A stretch of 64,000 bases of DNA from Vezdaea acicularis (lineage: Eukaryota), in contig JAPEUI010000086.1 in assembly GCA_026025075.1 (NCBI GenBank), forward strand, positions 1 through 64,000. Reading direction: 5' to 3'. The notes below the pieces were generated by a model. That model was not told the origin of the DNA, searched no databases, and saw only the letters and a list, made by a program, of their open reading frames with translations. Below, piece by piece: positions 49,068 to 62,154 of this stretch; position 1 is the first letter of the stretch, and each line of letters begins with the position of its first letter. The translations under genes and the position numbers were made by a program.

Positions 49068-52000
49068 ATGGCTAGTATGCAAGGCATCCGAGTACCTGAG
49101 GGCGACTTCACTTTTGGAGGAAGAGAATTCAACGGGCGCCTATCCCATATTCCGATATGGTCGAACGTGGACGAAGATACGACCACGAACCTTGATTACA
49201 CAACGGAACCCAAAGCTACACTGAGGAATGCGCCGCCACGACGGATGAGGAGAACGGTAATGGACAAGCCGCATCATGCAATCGAACCAAGTGGTATGAT
49301 AGCATCCTACTGCCCTTAGTCTGCGCATGGCTAACCTTGATACTTAAAGCACAAGTGTATGGTGCACCTCTACCTCCACTAGGCCGAAGGCCGTCTTCCA
49401 TCTACGAATTGACGGAAAATAACCCTCAAAATAGGCGGCGCAGCGCAATTCTTGCTCGACCAGCACATCGAGCAACCACGGTCACAGAACAGAGGGCTAG
49501 CATCAAGAAACCTAATGCGAAAATGATACCTTCACCAAATGCTCGACCTACAAGACCAAGAACGTCTATACTGGAGCAAGAGACTTTACAGATTGATGGA
49601 GCTGGTGATGTTGATACCACGCCTGATATCAATAATTTGAGGAAAGAACCGCGTAGACGCACAATCTTCGTGCCTTCTGACGACACTACTATCATGACAA
49701 TCCATCCCGGCGCAAGTTTGAATGTACATAGAGAGCAAGCCAAAGTCCCACACAATCATCAGGAATGGAGGAAGAGCTTTCGTGCGGAGACTTCCAGCTC
49801 AATCGGTCGGAGGTCAATTGTTCCGGGCAACGCAACTGGGGTTAGACAAAGTCAGCCCAATAAAGCCGCATTAAGCGCGAGGAACTTAGGAACACTGCAC
49901 GAGGCAAGTGCACTGCCTCTCCCAGAAGATATTCCGTTGCCAGGGAACGATATGGATCTTCTGAATGAGCAAGCTAGGATAAAGCCGAAGTCTCGGAAAT
50001 CACTTGCAATTGCACCTCGCCGAGCTCCATTAGGACAGTTATCAAGGATGTATCAATCGGCAGTAGACTCCCCAGATCGAGTAGGTGCTGGGGGTGGCAA
50101 AGAGAACTGTCCGCCTGGGCATACTGTGGCTGTCAAACAGAAGAGTAATAAGGTCTTATTCGATATCTTTTCAACCGAAGATCCGGATCCACCAATTATT
50201 CAAAAGGCTGTCGAAACAAAAGGAGTGACCAGGTCTTCAATAGTTAAGGATGTGACGAAAGTCAGGCATGTGGACGGACAGAGACGTATAGGAAGCGGTA
50301 ACAATATACGACAAGAAGAAAAGGTGACCCTTCGTAATTCGAAGAGCACCAGGAATTCAAGGTTACCATTATCTCCAGTCATAGTATCCAAATACTGTGG
50401 GAGCTCAATCATTCTTCCTACGAAAGTCGAGAGGATTCCATGCAAGCTGAGTGTGCCAAAGGTGTCGATTTTGGAAGTCCCTCAGGAACATTATCCTGTC
50501 CTAGTCGAGGATATATCAAGACCAGAGATGTACGAAGAGAACTGGCTCAACTACCAAGAAGCAGCAATCACGCAGTTGATCAATGGACTCTTCGACACGG
50601 CAGACGAGACAATCAAGGGTGGCATTGCCAAGAGTGGCGAGCTACGAAGGTCCTTCCTCGATCTCTACCACGATACATCCTTCTCTTTGTTATACAAGCG
50701 TCTTCAAGCATCTCTCTCCTTTGGTGCTTTGAGCATACCCAAGGATCAGATGGCGAAGGCTCTAAGGTTGGGCGATGATCTTGGAATGCGGAGGAGATTC
50801 CTGGATCTATTCCTCAATAACTACGAGCCAATAGCTCTGAAAGCCGGTATGGAAACTGTTGTAGGCCGCGAGGTTGTGATCTCAGCAAGTAGGTGCTCCA
50901 ATGAGAACGAGCCGAATAGCAAAAGATGCGGCAGCAAAGCTCTAAGGAGATCACTGGATGATTTCTTGTGCACTTTCTTCATCCGGAATGAGGACGCCGT
51001 TCAGATCAAGGACATTACCGGAAGTATTGGCCCAATAGCTCGAGGATCTTTCCGCACCACAGCTGTGATAAAACAGGAATCTGAAGTTGGCAGCCATGGC
51101 TGGTCATGGAGAAGGACGGTCCTAAGAAGTCTCATGTTGATAAATCTCCTTGACAAGGCCAAGGCGAAAAAGTTAATCTCTGGATGTCTGTTCCGAACGG
51201 AGTCGCCACACAAGTCCTCTACAGCAATACTCCATGATCTTTCTCGGCTGGTACTACCCTCGATGGGAGACATTACTCGGCCTCTGGGTCATCTGAACTA
51301 TCAAGTTGGATATGTACAGTACCCTCTTCAAGAATACGAATACAACATCACCAACCTTGCAACCGACTTGCGGGACGGAGTTCGTCTTACTCGTATTGTA
51401 GAGCTACTACTTTACCCGACCTCCTCTCTATTGCGACAGAGCGACATCACCATTGCAATGCCTTCAGGGGAGACTCTGACATCGGTGGCTTGCCAAAGCG
51501 GCTCAGCGACGTTAGAAGAATCTTGGGTCTTGTCACAGCACCTTAGGTTTCCAACTACTGGTCGAGCACAAAAAACATATAATGCTCAAATAGCACTGTC
51601 AGCACTAGAAGGAGTCACCAGAGGAACGGCAAACGTGGCAGGCGTCCAAGCCGAAGACATTGTCAACGGACATCGAGAAAAGACCATTGGCTTGCTCTGG
51701 GGCCTTGTCAGCAAATGGGGTCTTGGGACTCTAGTTGACTGGAATGAACTCGAGAGAGAAGTAGGACGACTTCGGGCAAAGTATCAGAAGTACCAGGAAT
51801 CAAACACTGGATTGACCACACTCTATCAAGATGAAAGCGACCCCGAAGAGGAGCTTCAGTACATGGAGGATGGTGTCGAGAAACATACCTACCTTCTCAA
51901 GACCTGGGCGTCGTGTATTGCAAAGCTACATGGATCTCGAGTCGTCAATCTTACTACCTCTTTTGCTGATGGACGAGTGTTCGAGAATATCGTCAGCGAG

Positions 52001-52532
52001 TACGAAGCATTCTTCCCCCAGCCAGCGGCAAATTCAATCGCAGAGGACGGCCTAGAGGGCAAACTTAGGAGACTAGGGTGCAGCACCTATTTTGGTAAGA
52101 ACGCCTGAAGTCATTTACATTTCATATGAGCTAATTCCATCTCTAGCTGCCTTGTTCGGGCGCAACATTCGCTTCGGCCGGGTCTTCGACAAAGACTTCG
52201 TGATTGCTGGTCTTGCCTTCATGGCATCGCGCCTTCTGCAAGCCTCAATCAAAGGCCGTGCCGCGCTCACCATCCAGAACGCATGGAGGCAGGTTAACTT
52301 CCGCCGCAACATTCATCGCCGCTACATTCTCCTCAAGCTTGCGTATGACTGCCAGACCGTTGTGGCAACCCGCGACCGCGTTGTAGGGGCAGCGCGGATC
52401 ATCCAAGCAGCGTGGAGGAGGTGTCTGCACTCAAAGATCGACCAGCTAGTCGCTGAAGTGATTAGCTTCCAAGCTCTTGCAAGGGGCAATCTAGCACGAA
52501 AGAGGCTGGAGGCTGCGCTATGGGTGATCTGA
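49068..52532 (+). CDS. ASPM/Asp-like protein with calponin-homology domains and C-terminal IQ motifs; exons 49068-49293, 49350-52094, 52147-52532
   Basis: EYNITNLATDLRDGVRLTRIVELL and EDIVNGHREKTIGLLW (ASPM-type CH1), NLTTSFADGRVF (CH2). IQ motifs IQNAWRQ, IQAAWRR and FQALARGNLARK. Confidence 0.88.
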
Positions 52533-53848
52533 TCTAAAGTTATGGCCTTATTAAGTGATCGGAGCGCGTGTTTATTGGGATAGAGGACTGGAATTTTGGA
52601 CACAAACAGTTAGCTCCGGAGTAGATACCGCGTTACACCATTCTTGACTAGTATTTGATTTATGCCTCGCTTTAGGCTAACTCGTATTGCGCCATGATAT
52701 CAGATGCAAGGGCACAAGGCTCATGCGGTTCCGCTAAGAAATGATATCAGACTCTCACAACCCCCTGTTATCCACTTCTTGGTCTCAAACAGGTATTCTT
52801 GCTGCAGAAGACTTTCTTGTGCCATCCTGAAATGCCACTATGAACTTTAGGTTCTGGTTACATCTAAAGTCGCGGTACTGGAAGGGTCGAAAACTTGGGT
52901 TAAGTTTTAGCGGAATAACGTAGCCCTGGGCCCTCGTACTCATGAACATGGGTTTTCGGCCAATATGGACTATCTCTAGCTCTGGCACCGGCACAACCTA
53001 TCCATCTTGCGATCGGTGCTGGCGCAATGACCCGCGCTTACCATTTGTAGGTCGATCTCCCTCATTGGCCTAGATCTTTACCACTTGTCGACCTCGACCG
53101 GAACACCGGCACATTTTCAAAAACAACAAATCTGCACGTACGGCAAAACCCCATATCCGAACAGCCGGTAAGAGGATCGCCGACGCAGGACTGATTGGTT
53201 GACATATGCAGCTCATCCCTCACGATAATTTCTACGTCACTAACTTTTCTTTTTTCGCCTTACGAGCTTCAGTCTTCCAGCTGCTGGTGGTCTAGAACGC
53301 CTTGGGCCCGAACCGCGGAGATGCGGCAAAGGCTCAGACGCAGATCATGTCGAGCCCTTCTGATTGGTCTGGAGCCGCTCGGCTGCCACGCTCGGCTCTC
53401 TCGCATCGACCATTGCGCTGGGTGCGGGACCCGACGTTTCGTTAGACTACTCCCTGTAGCAGCATCGACGGCGCACGTCCTATGCCCACTTGGGCTTATT
53501 CGCCGTCGGAGTTTGGCCGAGGAGAGCAAGTGCATAGCAGATAACGTGAAAGATTTGTCGCTAGGGATGACGAGCATGAATGGATATAGCCTTCGCTAGT
53601 GGAGGAGTGGAGGATTGGTCACGAGGGTAGGGGAGTAAGGGATCGGGAGCTGATGACGGGAGCGGATGACAGTCGTCGAGATGCTGGTGGGATGATGTGG
53701 ATCTTGTGGATAAGAGGCAGGCGGAGCCTTAGGAGTTCAGGTATGCGTCATGCACCTACCTGTCTATATGTTATAGAAAGAGATTGACCTCCTCTCCGAA
53801 ATCCAGCTCCAACTCCTACTTCTGCCAGATGACAAGCCAGCAAGCAAG

Positions 53849-54845
53849 ATGTCATTCTCTGCTCTCCCCTCGGAGCTCCAGCGCGAATGTCTCAGCTATC
53901 TCCCTTTAACCTCCCTCCTAACCTTCTCTCTCACCTCCCACGCTTCCTACGTTCTTGCCCTCTCCGCCCTAACGACCTTGCACATCGGCATATACCACAC
54001 GCGCGTCTCTGCGCTCATAAGCAGCATGTCCCTCTCTGAGATCAGCAGCACACACCCGCAATCTGCGCATATCCCCCTTCTTCTGCCCAAGCGCGAAACA
54101 AAAGACAAGCATACAATCATTCGGCGCCAGAACGTCCGCATCGCTGCCATCCTATCCACCTATCTCGCCTCGCTGCGCGACCTCGAGCTTTCCATATGGG
54201 ACCTCGAACAGCCCCTTGCGGCGCTACTGGGCCGCATGCAGAACCTAAAGCATCTGAGTCTGCGCCTGGACCATCCGCACACGCGTCACGCGCGGTTAGA
54301 GCGGCACTTTTGGAGTAGCGCAGCACCGAGTACTGTCTGGAACGAGCTCGCAACACGCGCAGATGGAACTAAGGTCTTTGGCCGCCTCGAAAGCCTCAAT
54401 CTTGAGCGGAGCGGGATCACGGATTTTCAGCTAAGCCGCATTATCGAGCAGAACCCGCGGCTGCGGGAGATACGCTTGCAGAAATGCCTTACGCTCACGG
54501 AAGAATTTTGGGAGTATCTGGCATGCAGCCGTGTGGCGACGAGCCTGGAGAGGCTGGCGTTCACGAGGAGTGGTGCGCCGGGGATTGATGATGGGGTGCT
54601 AGACTACGTTGGGGCGTTGAAGGGGCTGAAGGTGAGTCTATCCCCTATTATTCTTGATGCTGGACAGTGTAGGGCTAACAATGCAATAGTACCTGAGTCT
54701 ACATCAATGCCATAACATCGATAACGAGCTGGTCAGAAAGCGCAATGAGACGGAATGGGGTATTGCGGAGGTGGTGCTACCGCATTCGCTAGATTCGCCC
54801 AGTGGAGACAATGGCTGTATTGAGGTGGACCCCCAATGGAAGTGA
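53849..54845 (+). CDS. F-box / leucine-rich-repeat protein; exons 53849-54631, 54690-54845
   Basis: N-terminal F-box FSALPSELQRECLSYLP. LRRs LRDLEL, LKHLSL, LESLNLERSGITD, LREIRLQKCLTLT and LKYLSLHQCHNID. Confidence 0.87.
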
Positions 54846-56267
54846 TTTTTGACGTGAATGATTCTCCTATTACACATTCCAGGTGGCTCAGGAAAGCATC
54901 GTGGAGTCCGGTGCAGGGAAAAGAGGCGTTTCAGGCTAGGTGTCGCAGGTCTTCATGCATTGTATTGTACTCGAATTGGCAGTATTCGGCAAGTTTGGGA
55001 GGCCGCATTTTGTAAAGGAGATTGCCATCGTCCACTGGATCTTTTGACAAGAAGTAGGGCGAATGCTCAGCTTGGAGCCCGAGGCGGAACAGGGAGTGTT
55101 TCAGGCGTGGTAGGAGGCTCGAAGTGGTCCCGAAATCGGCATCTTCTGGAAGGTACATTAGAGCTACATTAGGACCGTAGATCCCTTGTAGAATGTCAAT
55201 GTATTCTATTACACTAATGACTGAACAGCTTGTCTTTCTCAAGGTCTGCGTGCCCTTCAGCTACGTTTCCCTTAAGGCCTTTCCAATTCCGCACGACTGA
55301 ATCGGCATCAACAGCATGTCAGAGACTTCCCAGGGCCCTCAATACCCAGCATATTCGCCCGAAAAGTGGAGAAATAAATCTAGACTATTGTCGTTATATT
55401 ATGAAACACATCACCAAGCTCCCCTGAACACCCTGCATATTCCACTAAGTGCTAGTTGCGAAGTGCACCCACACTCTCGGGTCCTCGCTTAAATCTCAGG
55501 GGCAGATATCGTGACCTACAACACACCCGCACCCATGCACCTCTCAAGGGCCTTGTACCACCATTGAAATGCTGAATTTCTCTGCTGAGTCTTGTATTAT
55601 CGTACTAGACCTACTTCCTCTTCCGATGAAATTCGTATGACAAAATTTCTGGCGATCGTTCTGTAAGGCACTGCGAGCATATGCACTTTGAAGGGGTGTG
55701 TCAATAGCTTCATTCTTGGCGGTTTGCTTTACCATGTGAAAATTGCACCTGAAACACATTCTACAGAGCTCCGTACAGAGCATCCTATTGTCGCTGCTCG
55801 CTAAGACCATTGATGGTGAAGAACTCAGGGTCAAGAGCATCTTCTTCAAGTTTCATGCTATTGTCGCCCATACTGTCGGTACTCAACCTGTAGGCGTTTG
55901 CATTGCGCAAGTCATCGCAGAGAAATCTTATTGTCTACCGCCTGTTGCAGCGAGCCCCTTGGTTACAAGCTATTGTCCATTGCGATTGAGGAGTTTCATG
56001 ATCATGAAGCTATTCTCTGTGATGGAAGGTCAGTCTATTGATCAAGAAGCTATTGTTGGATTTGAGGATATAAGGCCGCTTCCCACCCCATCTGAGGTCT
56101 TTCATCTCCATCGTCCTTACATATTTCGTCTTCGCTACCTTTCGTCTCTTCTCATTGATCGAGAACTTTACCATCTTCCTTCTTCCTTTTACGGTCATCT
56201 GCTTTGGTTTCCGAGAGCCGGAATTTCATACATCAAAACTACCCTTCCTGATTATACCGAGAAAAGC

Positions 56268-58056
56268 ATGTCTTCCTCTTCTTCTTCGTTTTCCGTGGAC
56301 TATTCCACAGTCCTGCCTGAGTCCCGCTGGAATCAGCTGGCACGGACGACGCTGGAGGGGTTTGCGTGGTTTAAAGAGATGGTGATGACTTTGGCGGAGA
56401 GCAGTGCGCAGGTAAGTTTCCAATACAATTTGCATTACTCAAGAACTAACAAACGATTTAGGTCGCAACTGGGGGGAAGAGCCGGCCAGGAAAGCCGACC
56501 AAAGAGAGTCTCATTGCGGAGGCAGAGCGTCTGGCGCTCTTCCGAGAACAGCAAGCTCGAGATCTCAGAGAGGTCGCGGGCTTGTTAAAGGGGAAAGGGG
56601 CGCCTAAGAGGAAACTTGACGTCAACCAGTTCCTCAATGAGCTGTGCGACAGCGAGTTACAAGATGACGATCTGTTTGTCATCCAGCTACTCGAGCCTGT
56701 CGCGGCAGAGAGTCCCGACGCTCTTCTGTCAGCTGGGGAGGAGCAGGAGGAGGAGCAAGAGGAGGAGCAAGAGGAGGAAGAAGAGGTGCAGGCACCTGAA
56801 GAAGATGAGAACGAGGAAGCCAGATCCTCCGAAGAAGATAACGACGATGAAAAGGACGGAGACTATGACTACAACGAGGCCTTCAAGCCTGTGAAAAAGA
56901 GGGCGACGACAAGATCCACCACCAAGGTAAGTGATTCTATAGAGGATTCCTTACTTTTATACACATACTAACTGACGTCGAAGAAGGCTAGCAAGAGAAA
57001 GCATGACGGTGGAGAAGAGCAAGACGTTGCGCAGGCTGGTCCTGCATCAAAGCGCGTCAAGTTGACTCAGAAAGGCAAAGGGAAGCGGAAGGCCGTCGAT
57101 CAGGACGATACCGAGTCCGAAGCCGAGCCTCCCTCGAAGCGGGCCAAAGTAGTCCCAGAGCCTGACCCAGAGCCTGAATCGGAGCCTGAGTCGGAGCCTG
57201 AGTCGGAGCCTGAACTAGAGTCTGAAGTAGACCTTGATTCAGAGCCTGAATCAGAGTCCGAGAGAGAGCCTAATCCAGAGCCTGAAACAGAGGCTATCCA
57301 AGACCCTCCTCCGGTGAGTTTTCCCATTTGGACGTATGTAAGAGGAAATGCTGACTAGCTTAGACCAAGTCCGAGAATGGTCAGCGATGGAGCCCTAGAG
57401 AGCTCGAAATAGTTACCCGCGAATTCAAGAAGATCGTGGAGGGCGTTACTCGCGACTCGAACGGCGACCGAGTCTGGGGGGAACGTCGCTGGGACTTGCT
57501 CGTGAAGATCATCCGAGCACCCCCTCATAATCTTGATCGCTCCGTCGGCGCAATCAGAGGAGTCTGGCACCGAGGACTCAGAGAAAAGTCGGGCTTTGAC
57601 GAGCGCACCTATACGCCGGCCTTCCCAAACGGCGGAGCTAAAACAGGGCGCAAGGGATCAGGACGAAGGGCAGCTATGCCCAAAGAGGAGGAGGAGAAAG
57701 CAGAAGAAGCCTTGGTGGACACCAAGGAGGCCGCCAAGGAGGCCGCCAAAGATCCTGAGTTGGGGCTTCGGGGCTTCGAAGATGGAGACACCTTGGTCGA
57801 AGAGGACTCGGTGCCTCAGGGCTTTCAAGATGAAAGTACTTTGGTTGAAGAAGACCAGGGGTTGCAAGTCTTTGAAGACGGAAATAACCTGATCGGAGAA
57901 GACCCGGGGTTGCAGAGCTTTGACGACGGGAATAACTTGATCGGAGAAGACTTCGGCTATATGGCCTTCGGAGACGAAAGAAACTTTGTTGAAGAAAATT
58001 TCGGGATCGTTGGAGATCCTCCGATGTTTGTCAGACCTGGAGAGTATACCTTCTAG
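56268..58056 (+). CDS. Acidic orphan nuclear protein with a Myb/SANT-like domain and tandem repeats; exons 56268-56411, 56462-56926, 56984/56987-57313, 57364-58056
   Basis: Three canonical phase-0 introns (GTAAGT/GTAAGT/GTGAGT donors, CTAAC/CTGAC branches) join the ORF-track pieces into one frame. Basic NLS clusters are present. Confidence 0.8.
57155..57290 (+). repeat. Coding 6/12-bp tandem repeat (GAGCCTGAGTCG-like) encoding a (PE/SE)n tract
   Basis: PEPDPEPESEPESEPESEPELESE...EPESESEREPNPEPE. Confidence 0.85.
57760..57999 (+). repeat. Coding minisatellite, five degenerate 48-bp units (16-aa repeat)
   Basis: LGLRGFEDGDTLVEED / SVPQGFQDESTLVEED / QGLQVFEDGNNLIGED / PGLQSFDDGNNLIGED / FGYMAFGDERNFVEEN. 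Confidence 0.85.
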
Positions 58057-58430
58057 GGATTGGGGGAAAAGATAGTGACGAGGAAACTCAAATAAGGGGG
58101 AATTGTAATGGAACAGTCTGGACTAGTTATTTAGACAAAGAGGAATTGGCTGGTACCAGTTGCCACCGTGGGCGTTGTTGCTGTACCATATCGATAGAAA
58201 ATTTAATTTATTCATTATACTAATCGCTCCTTCACCTCGATTACTTGCGCTGATAGCTTCTGCCTCTCATGTGCCTGAGCTCTCGGTAAGTGGACCAATC
58301 ATGAATAGCCCTCGTCTCTTCTTGACCGTGCTCTGATTCTCCCATCACTTTTACTCCACATTCACCTCTCGACTTCCTTAAACTCATTTCACTATTCACA
58401 TGGTAACATCAATAGTATATCCTCTCGGCC

Positions 58431-60121
58431 ATGGAGGTGTCCAATGTTACTCCCTTTCCTACCTCCGAACTGTTTACCTCAGCTCTTGATGCCAGCCGTG
58501 CCCAGCATCCTACGACCATGGACGACGATATGGAGATCGATGTGGATGTGGACATGGGCGTCGAAGAGCAAGCTGTTATCTTGGATATGAACTCAGCGGG
58601 ACTGGTGAATTAAAAGATTCTCTATCTTACGTGTTGCTTTTGGAATACCTTCAGACTAACATTTACTTTTGTCTATAGAACTCATTAGAATCGAAGCTTG
58701 AAGAGACCCCAAATCAGAATCTTCGCGCATCTTCAACGGTATCATCTACAGATTCAAACCAGCTGGTACCAAACAAGGTACATATAAGGGGCCTGGACCT
58801 TCTCTCTACTAGCGATATAAAGGCCTTCGCGAAGGAGCACTTTCCTGATTATGAGCTGCAAAGGGTGGAATGGGTCGACGATACGGCCGCTAATATAGTC
58901 TACGATTCGCACGAAGTAGCTGTGCTGGCGCTCACAGCGCTCTCAGCTGGGACAACAGAAGAAAAGGACTCACTTTCAACACTACAATTGCGCCAAGCGA
59001 AGGGGTTTTCGACACATCCAGACACACATCTGGAGGTTCGTATGGCAGTCCATAGTGATAGAAAACAGCCTGGAGCTCGGGAGCGCTCAAGATACTACCT
59101 CTTTAACCCTGATCAAGCCCCTGTGGAGCGCCGGAAGCGAGAGAGAAGGCGATACAGATACGACGACCAATCTGGTGACTACAGACGCAATCGATACGAT
59201 GCTGCAGAGCACCAACGCCGGCGAAATAAGGATGAAGAATCTGGGTTCGATGCAAGTCTTTACGATGACGATGATGCAGCAGTAGCTGCACGGGTAGCTA
59301 GACAGCTCGAGAGAAATCCTTCGCGCTCAAGCTTTTCATCAGGTGATAGTCGCCTGCGGAACTCAGACCGCCATGTCCGTTTCCAAGCTAAAGCAGAGTT
59401 GTTTCCGGATAAGCTTCGAACCAATGGTCGGGGTCGACTTCGGGACCGTAGCGCATCGCCAGCGCGAGATCGAGATGGCGATGCTGATATGGATCACGAT
59501 ATTGGTAATAGGCGTACACATCGGGAAAGAAGCTACACACCTCCACCCCCATATGAGGAACGCAATTCTTTGAAAGAGCTTTTCCCGTCAAAGGCTCCAG
59601 AGTCTGCACCCGATCCATACGGTTTCTCGTCGGCGAGCAAAGCCAATGAGCTTTTTCCTAGCAAACTTGGTCCAACAAATCACCGAAGAGCTGATGCTTT
59701 CGATGCCGCCGACGAAACTGCTGATCTCTTCGCTGGCCGTATGACTGTCCCCTTTCTGGATGGTGCCTCCGAAGCGAGGTTATCTTCCAACAGAAGAACT
59801 GGTGGCATCAGCATAACACGTTCGCAGGACATTGAAGATCGCACGAGTTTCCCACAAGTGGCGGAAGCTGATACCCAAGGGAACTCGGGACCGAGAAGCT
59901 TCAGCATACGCGGTACTGATGGTAGTCGGGAGGGTCAAGGCTTTAAGATCCGTGGCCTCGCAAAGGACGATACGGTGGATTCCAAAACCAATGATCTATT
60001 CCCAACCAAAGCAGGCGTAAAGGAGTTATTCCCTACAAAGCTGAATTCAACCAAGGAACTATTCAGCGAGAAGCTTGAAGGAAGGGGTGGGCGGCGGAGG
60101 AGAGCGGAAGACCATTTTTGA
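58431..60121 (+). CDS. NCBP3: Nuclear cap-binding protein subunit 3-like (DUF2414); exons 58431(or 58518)-58604, 58679-60121
   Basis: PNKVHIRGLDLLSTSDIKAF...RVEWVDDTAANIVY and VRMAVHSDRKQPGARERSRYYL. Confidence 0.88.
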
Positions 60122-60644
60122 TTACTCAAAGGTACCATACATCTCAAAATCAAGGCCTGAAGGACTCAGACTCTAGTGGAGGATGTGGTACAGCACAAAA
60201 CTACCCACGGAGTTGCAACGCTCAAGCGTTCAGGCTTTGTCAATACTCCAAACCTTCTCTTTCTTTGGGTGATGATCTTTGTATGCATAGCGAGGACTGA
60301 GCAAGGGTATATCGATACAAACTACTATTTATGGCTTTGGCGATTGAAATGATCAGCATTGGGACTTCAGAAGGCGCTCGAGGGCATTCACAAGTAGATA
60401 TCGGCAACGATTTATATAATGCACAAAAGCTTACTTTTCCATTGCGCTAATTTCCTCTACATTCTGCTCTACTCTGAGAATATCTAAGTTGTGAACCTTG
60501 ATGTTGACGTAATTGTCTTTATCGATAACAATCAAGCGACCTGATATTTGACTTCGGCATATCAACAAGGGGATGAATTGACGAGATCACGGCCAGAACC
60601 CGTAGATAGCAATAGATCTAGTCTGTACCACGCAGGGAAGCACA

Positions 60645-62154
60645 ATGTCGGCCTTGGATTCTGCCGCAATACTGGTTGCCAGGTTCCTGCAAGCCAATCA
60701 TTACAATGAGGTATGAGGGCCGAGCTTCTTTTAAACACCTGGACTAATTAACCCAAGATGTCTGCCAGACCCTTGACGCTTTCCTCGTCGAGGCCGGACT
60801 GCCGCCCGATGCAGGGTTGGTTCGGCCTGGAGATCTCACGATTGAGAAGATACTGGATGAGAAAAGGGTCTTTGACATGAGCGTGCAATTCGAAAAGGTA
60901 AGGTTTGACAACGACATCGACAAGCCGTGGAAGACACCGGGTAAGCCCAGTCAGGCGTAATAAAATGAGCATTATTTCTGAACTATTGCAGTTCCAGCAG
61001 TTCCAACTATTACGAGCTCGATCTCTTTACCTGCCAACTTCCTTCATGTCTCCATTGAATTGATTGATAGGTTCAACGGTGCCAGCAACCTAAATACTCA
61101 TTACCTCCTGGCAACAACCGCAGACCGATGCTTGCACGTCCTCAGAGCCACCAAAGGTTATGCTCGTGAATGGTCATTCACGAACTTGCATGACTCACCT
61201 ATCCTGGCATGCGCTGTGATCAAAAGTCGGTATCTGGTCAGCAGCTGCATGTCTGGCGAGCTCACGCTCACTGATTTGTGGGACACCCATGTCATTGCAA
61301 CCCGCCGCGACCACTCTAAATACGTGGTGAAGATTGCATTATGGGAAGCAAGTGGGGGAGCATGGATTGCGAGCGCGGGATGGGATAACAAGATATTCAT
61401 CTACTGGACATCTCTCAGCGACAACGCTCTTAGCCTCAACGCTCCAAGATCAGTGATCACGCTACCCTCGAACCCTGAAACAGTCCTCTTCATACCCGAC
61501 CCAAACGAACGGGTGATTGAATCGACTCCTTTTTTACTTGTCTCACGACGCGACTCGACGAAGTTATACTACTATAGCCTTCCTCCTACTCAAGGCCTCC
61601 CTCATTCCGAACCAACCGAGCTTCCCCTCCTCGGGACACAAAACCTCTCTCCCCAATCCAACGCCTGGCTCGCTTTCTCTCCCTCCAGTATCGCCCTGTC
61701 GCCCCAAAATCCCTCTCTCCTCGCCATCGTCACCTCGAGTACGCCCACGCAAAAGCTGCTCTTCGTGCGAATCCTCCCCCCCGCTTCCCCAACGCCCGCA
61801 ACTACTTCCCTAACCCGCGCTCAGCAGACGGCGCTGGAGAACCGTCGCGAGGACGCGGAACTTGCGGCGATCCTCTCGCACACCTCGACGGGTGCGACAC
61901 AGACCAATTGGTCGACGCCGCAGGTGTGCTGGCGCCCGGATGGGAGCGGCGTATGGGTCAATGGGGATGATGGCGTGGTGAGGGGTGTGGAACTTAGGAG
62001 TGGGCGCGTGGTGGAGTACTTAAGGGGTGGGCATGAGCCGGGGGCGAAGGTAAGGGGGATATGGAGTGGATGGGTTGACGGGTGGGAGTGGGTCGTTAGC
62101 GGAGGATTTGACAAGAGGTTGGTTGTTTGGAAGTGTGAGGAAGACGTAAGCTAG
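60645..62154 (+). CDS. LisH + WD40-repeat protein; exons 60645-60710, 60769-60940, 60992-62154
   Basis: LisH-like ILVARFLQANHYNE|TLDAFLVEAG. WD repeats ASAGWDNKIFIY and VVSGGFDKRLVVWK. Confidence 0.88.

Noticed and set aside
55743..56267. 5' part of the 281-aa TTG-initiated ORF
   Set aside because: Composition matches a pyrimidine-rich promoter/leader. The ATG at 56268 with the GTAAGT donor at 56412 explains the real gene.
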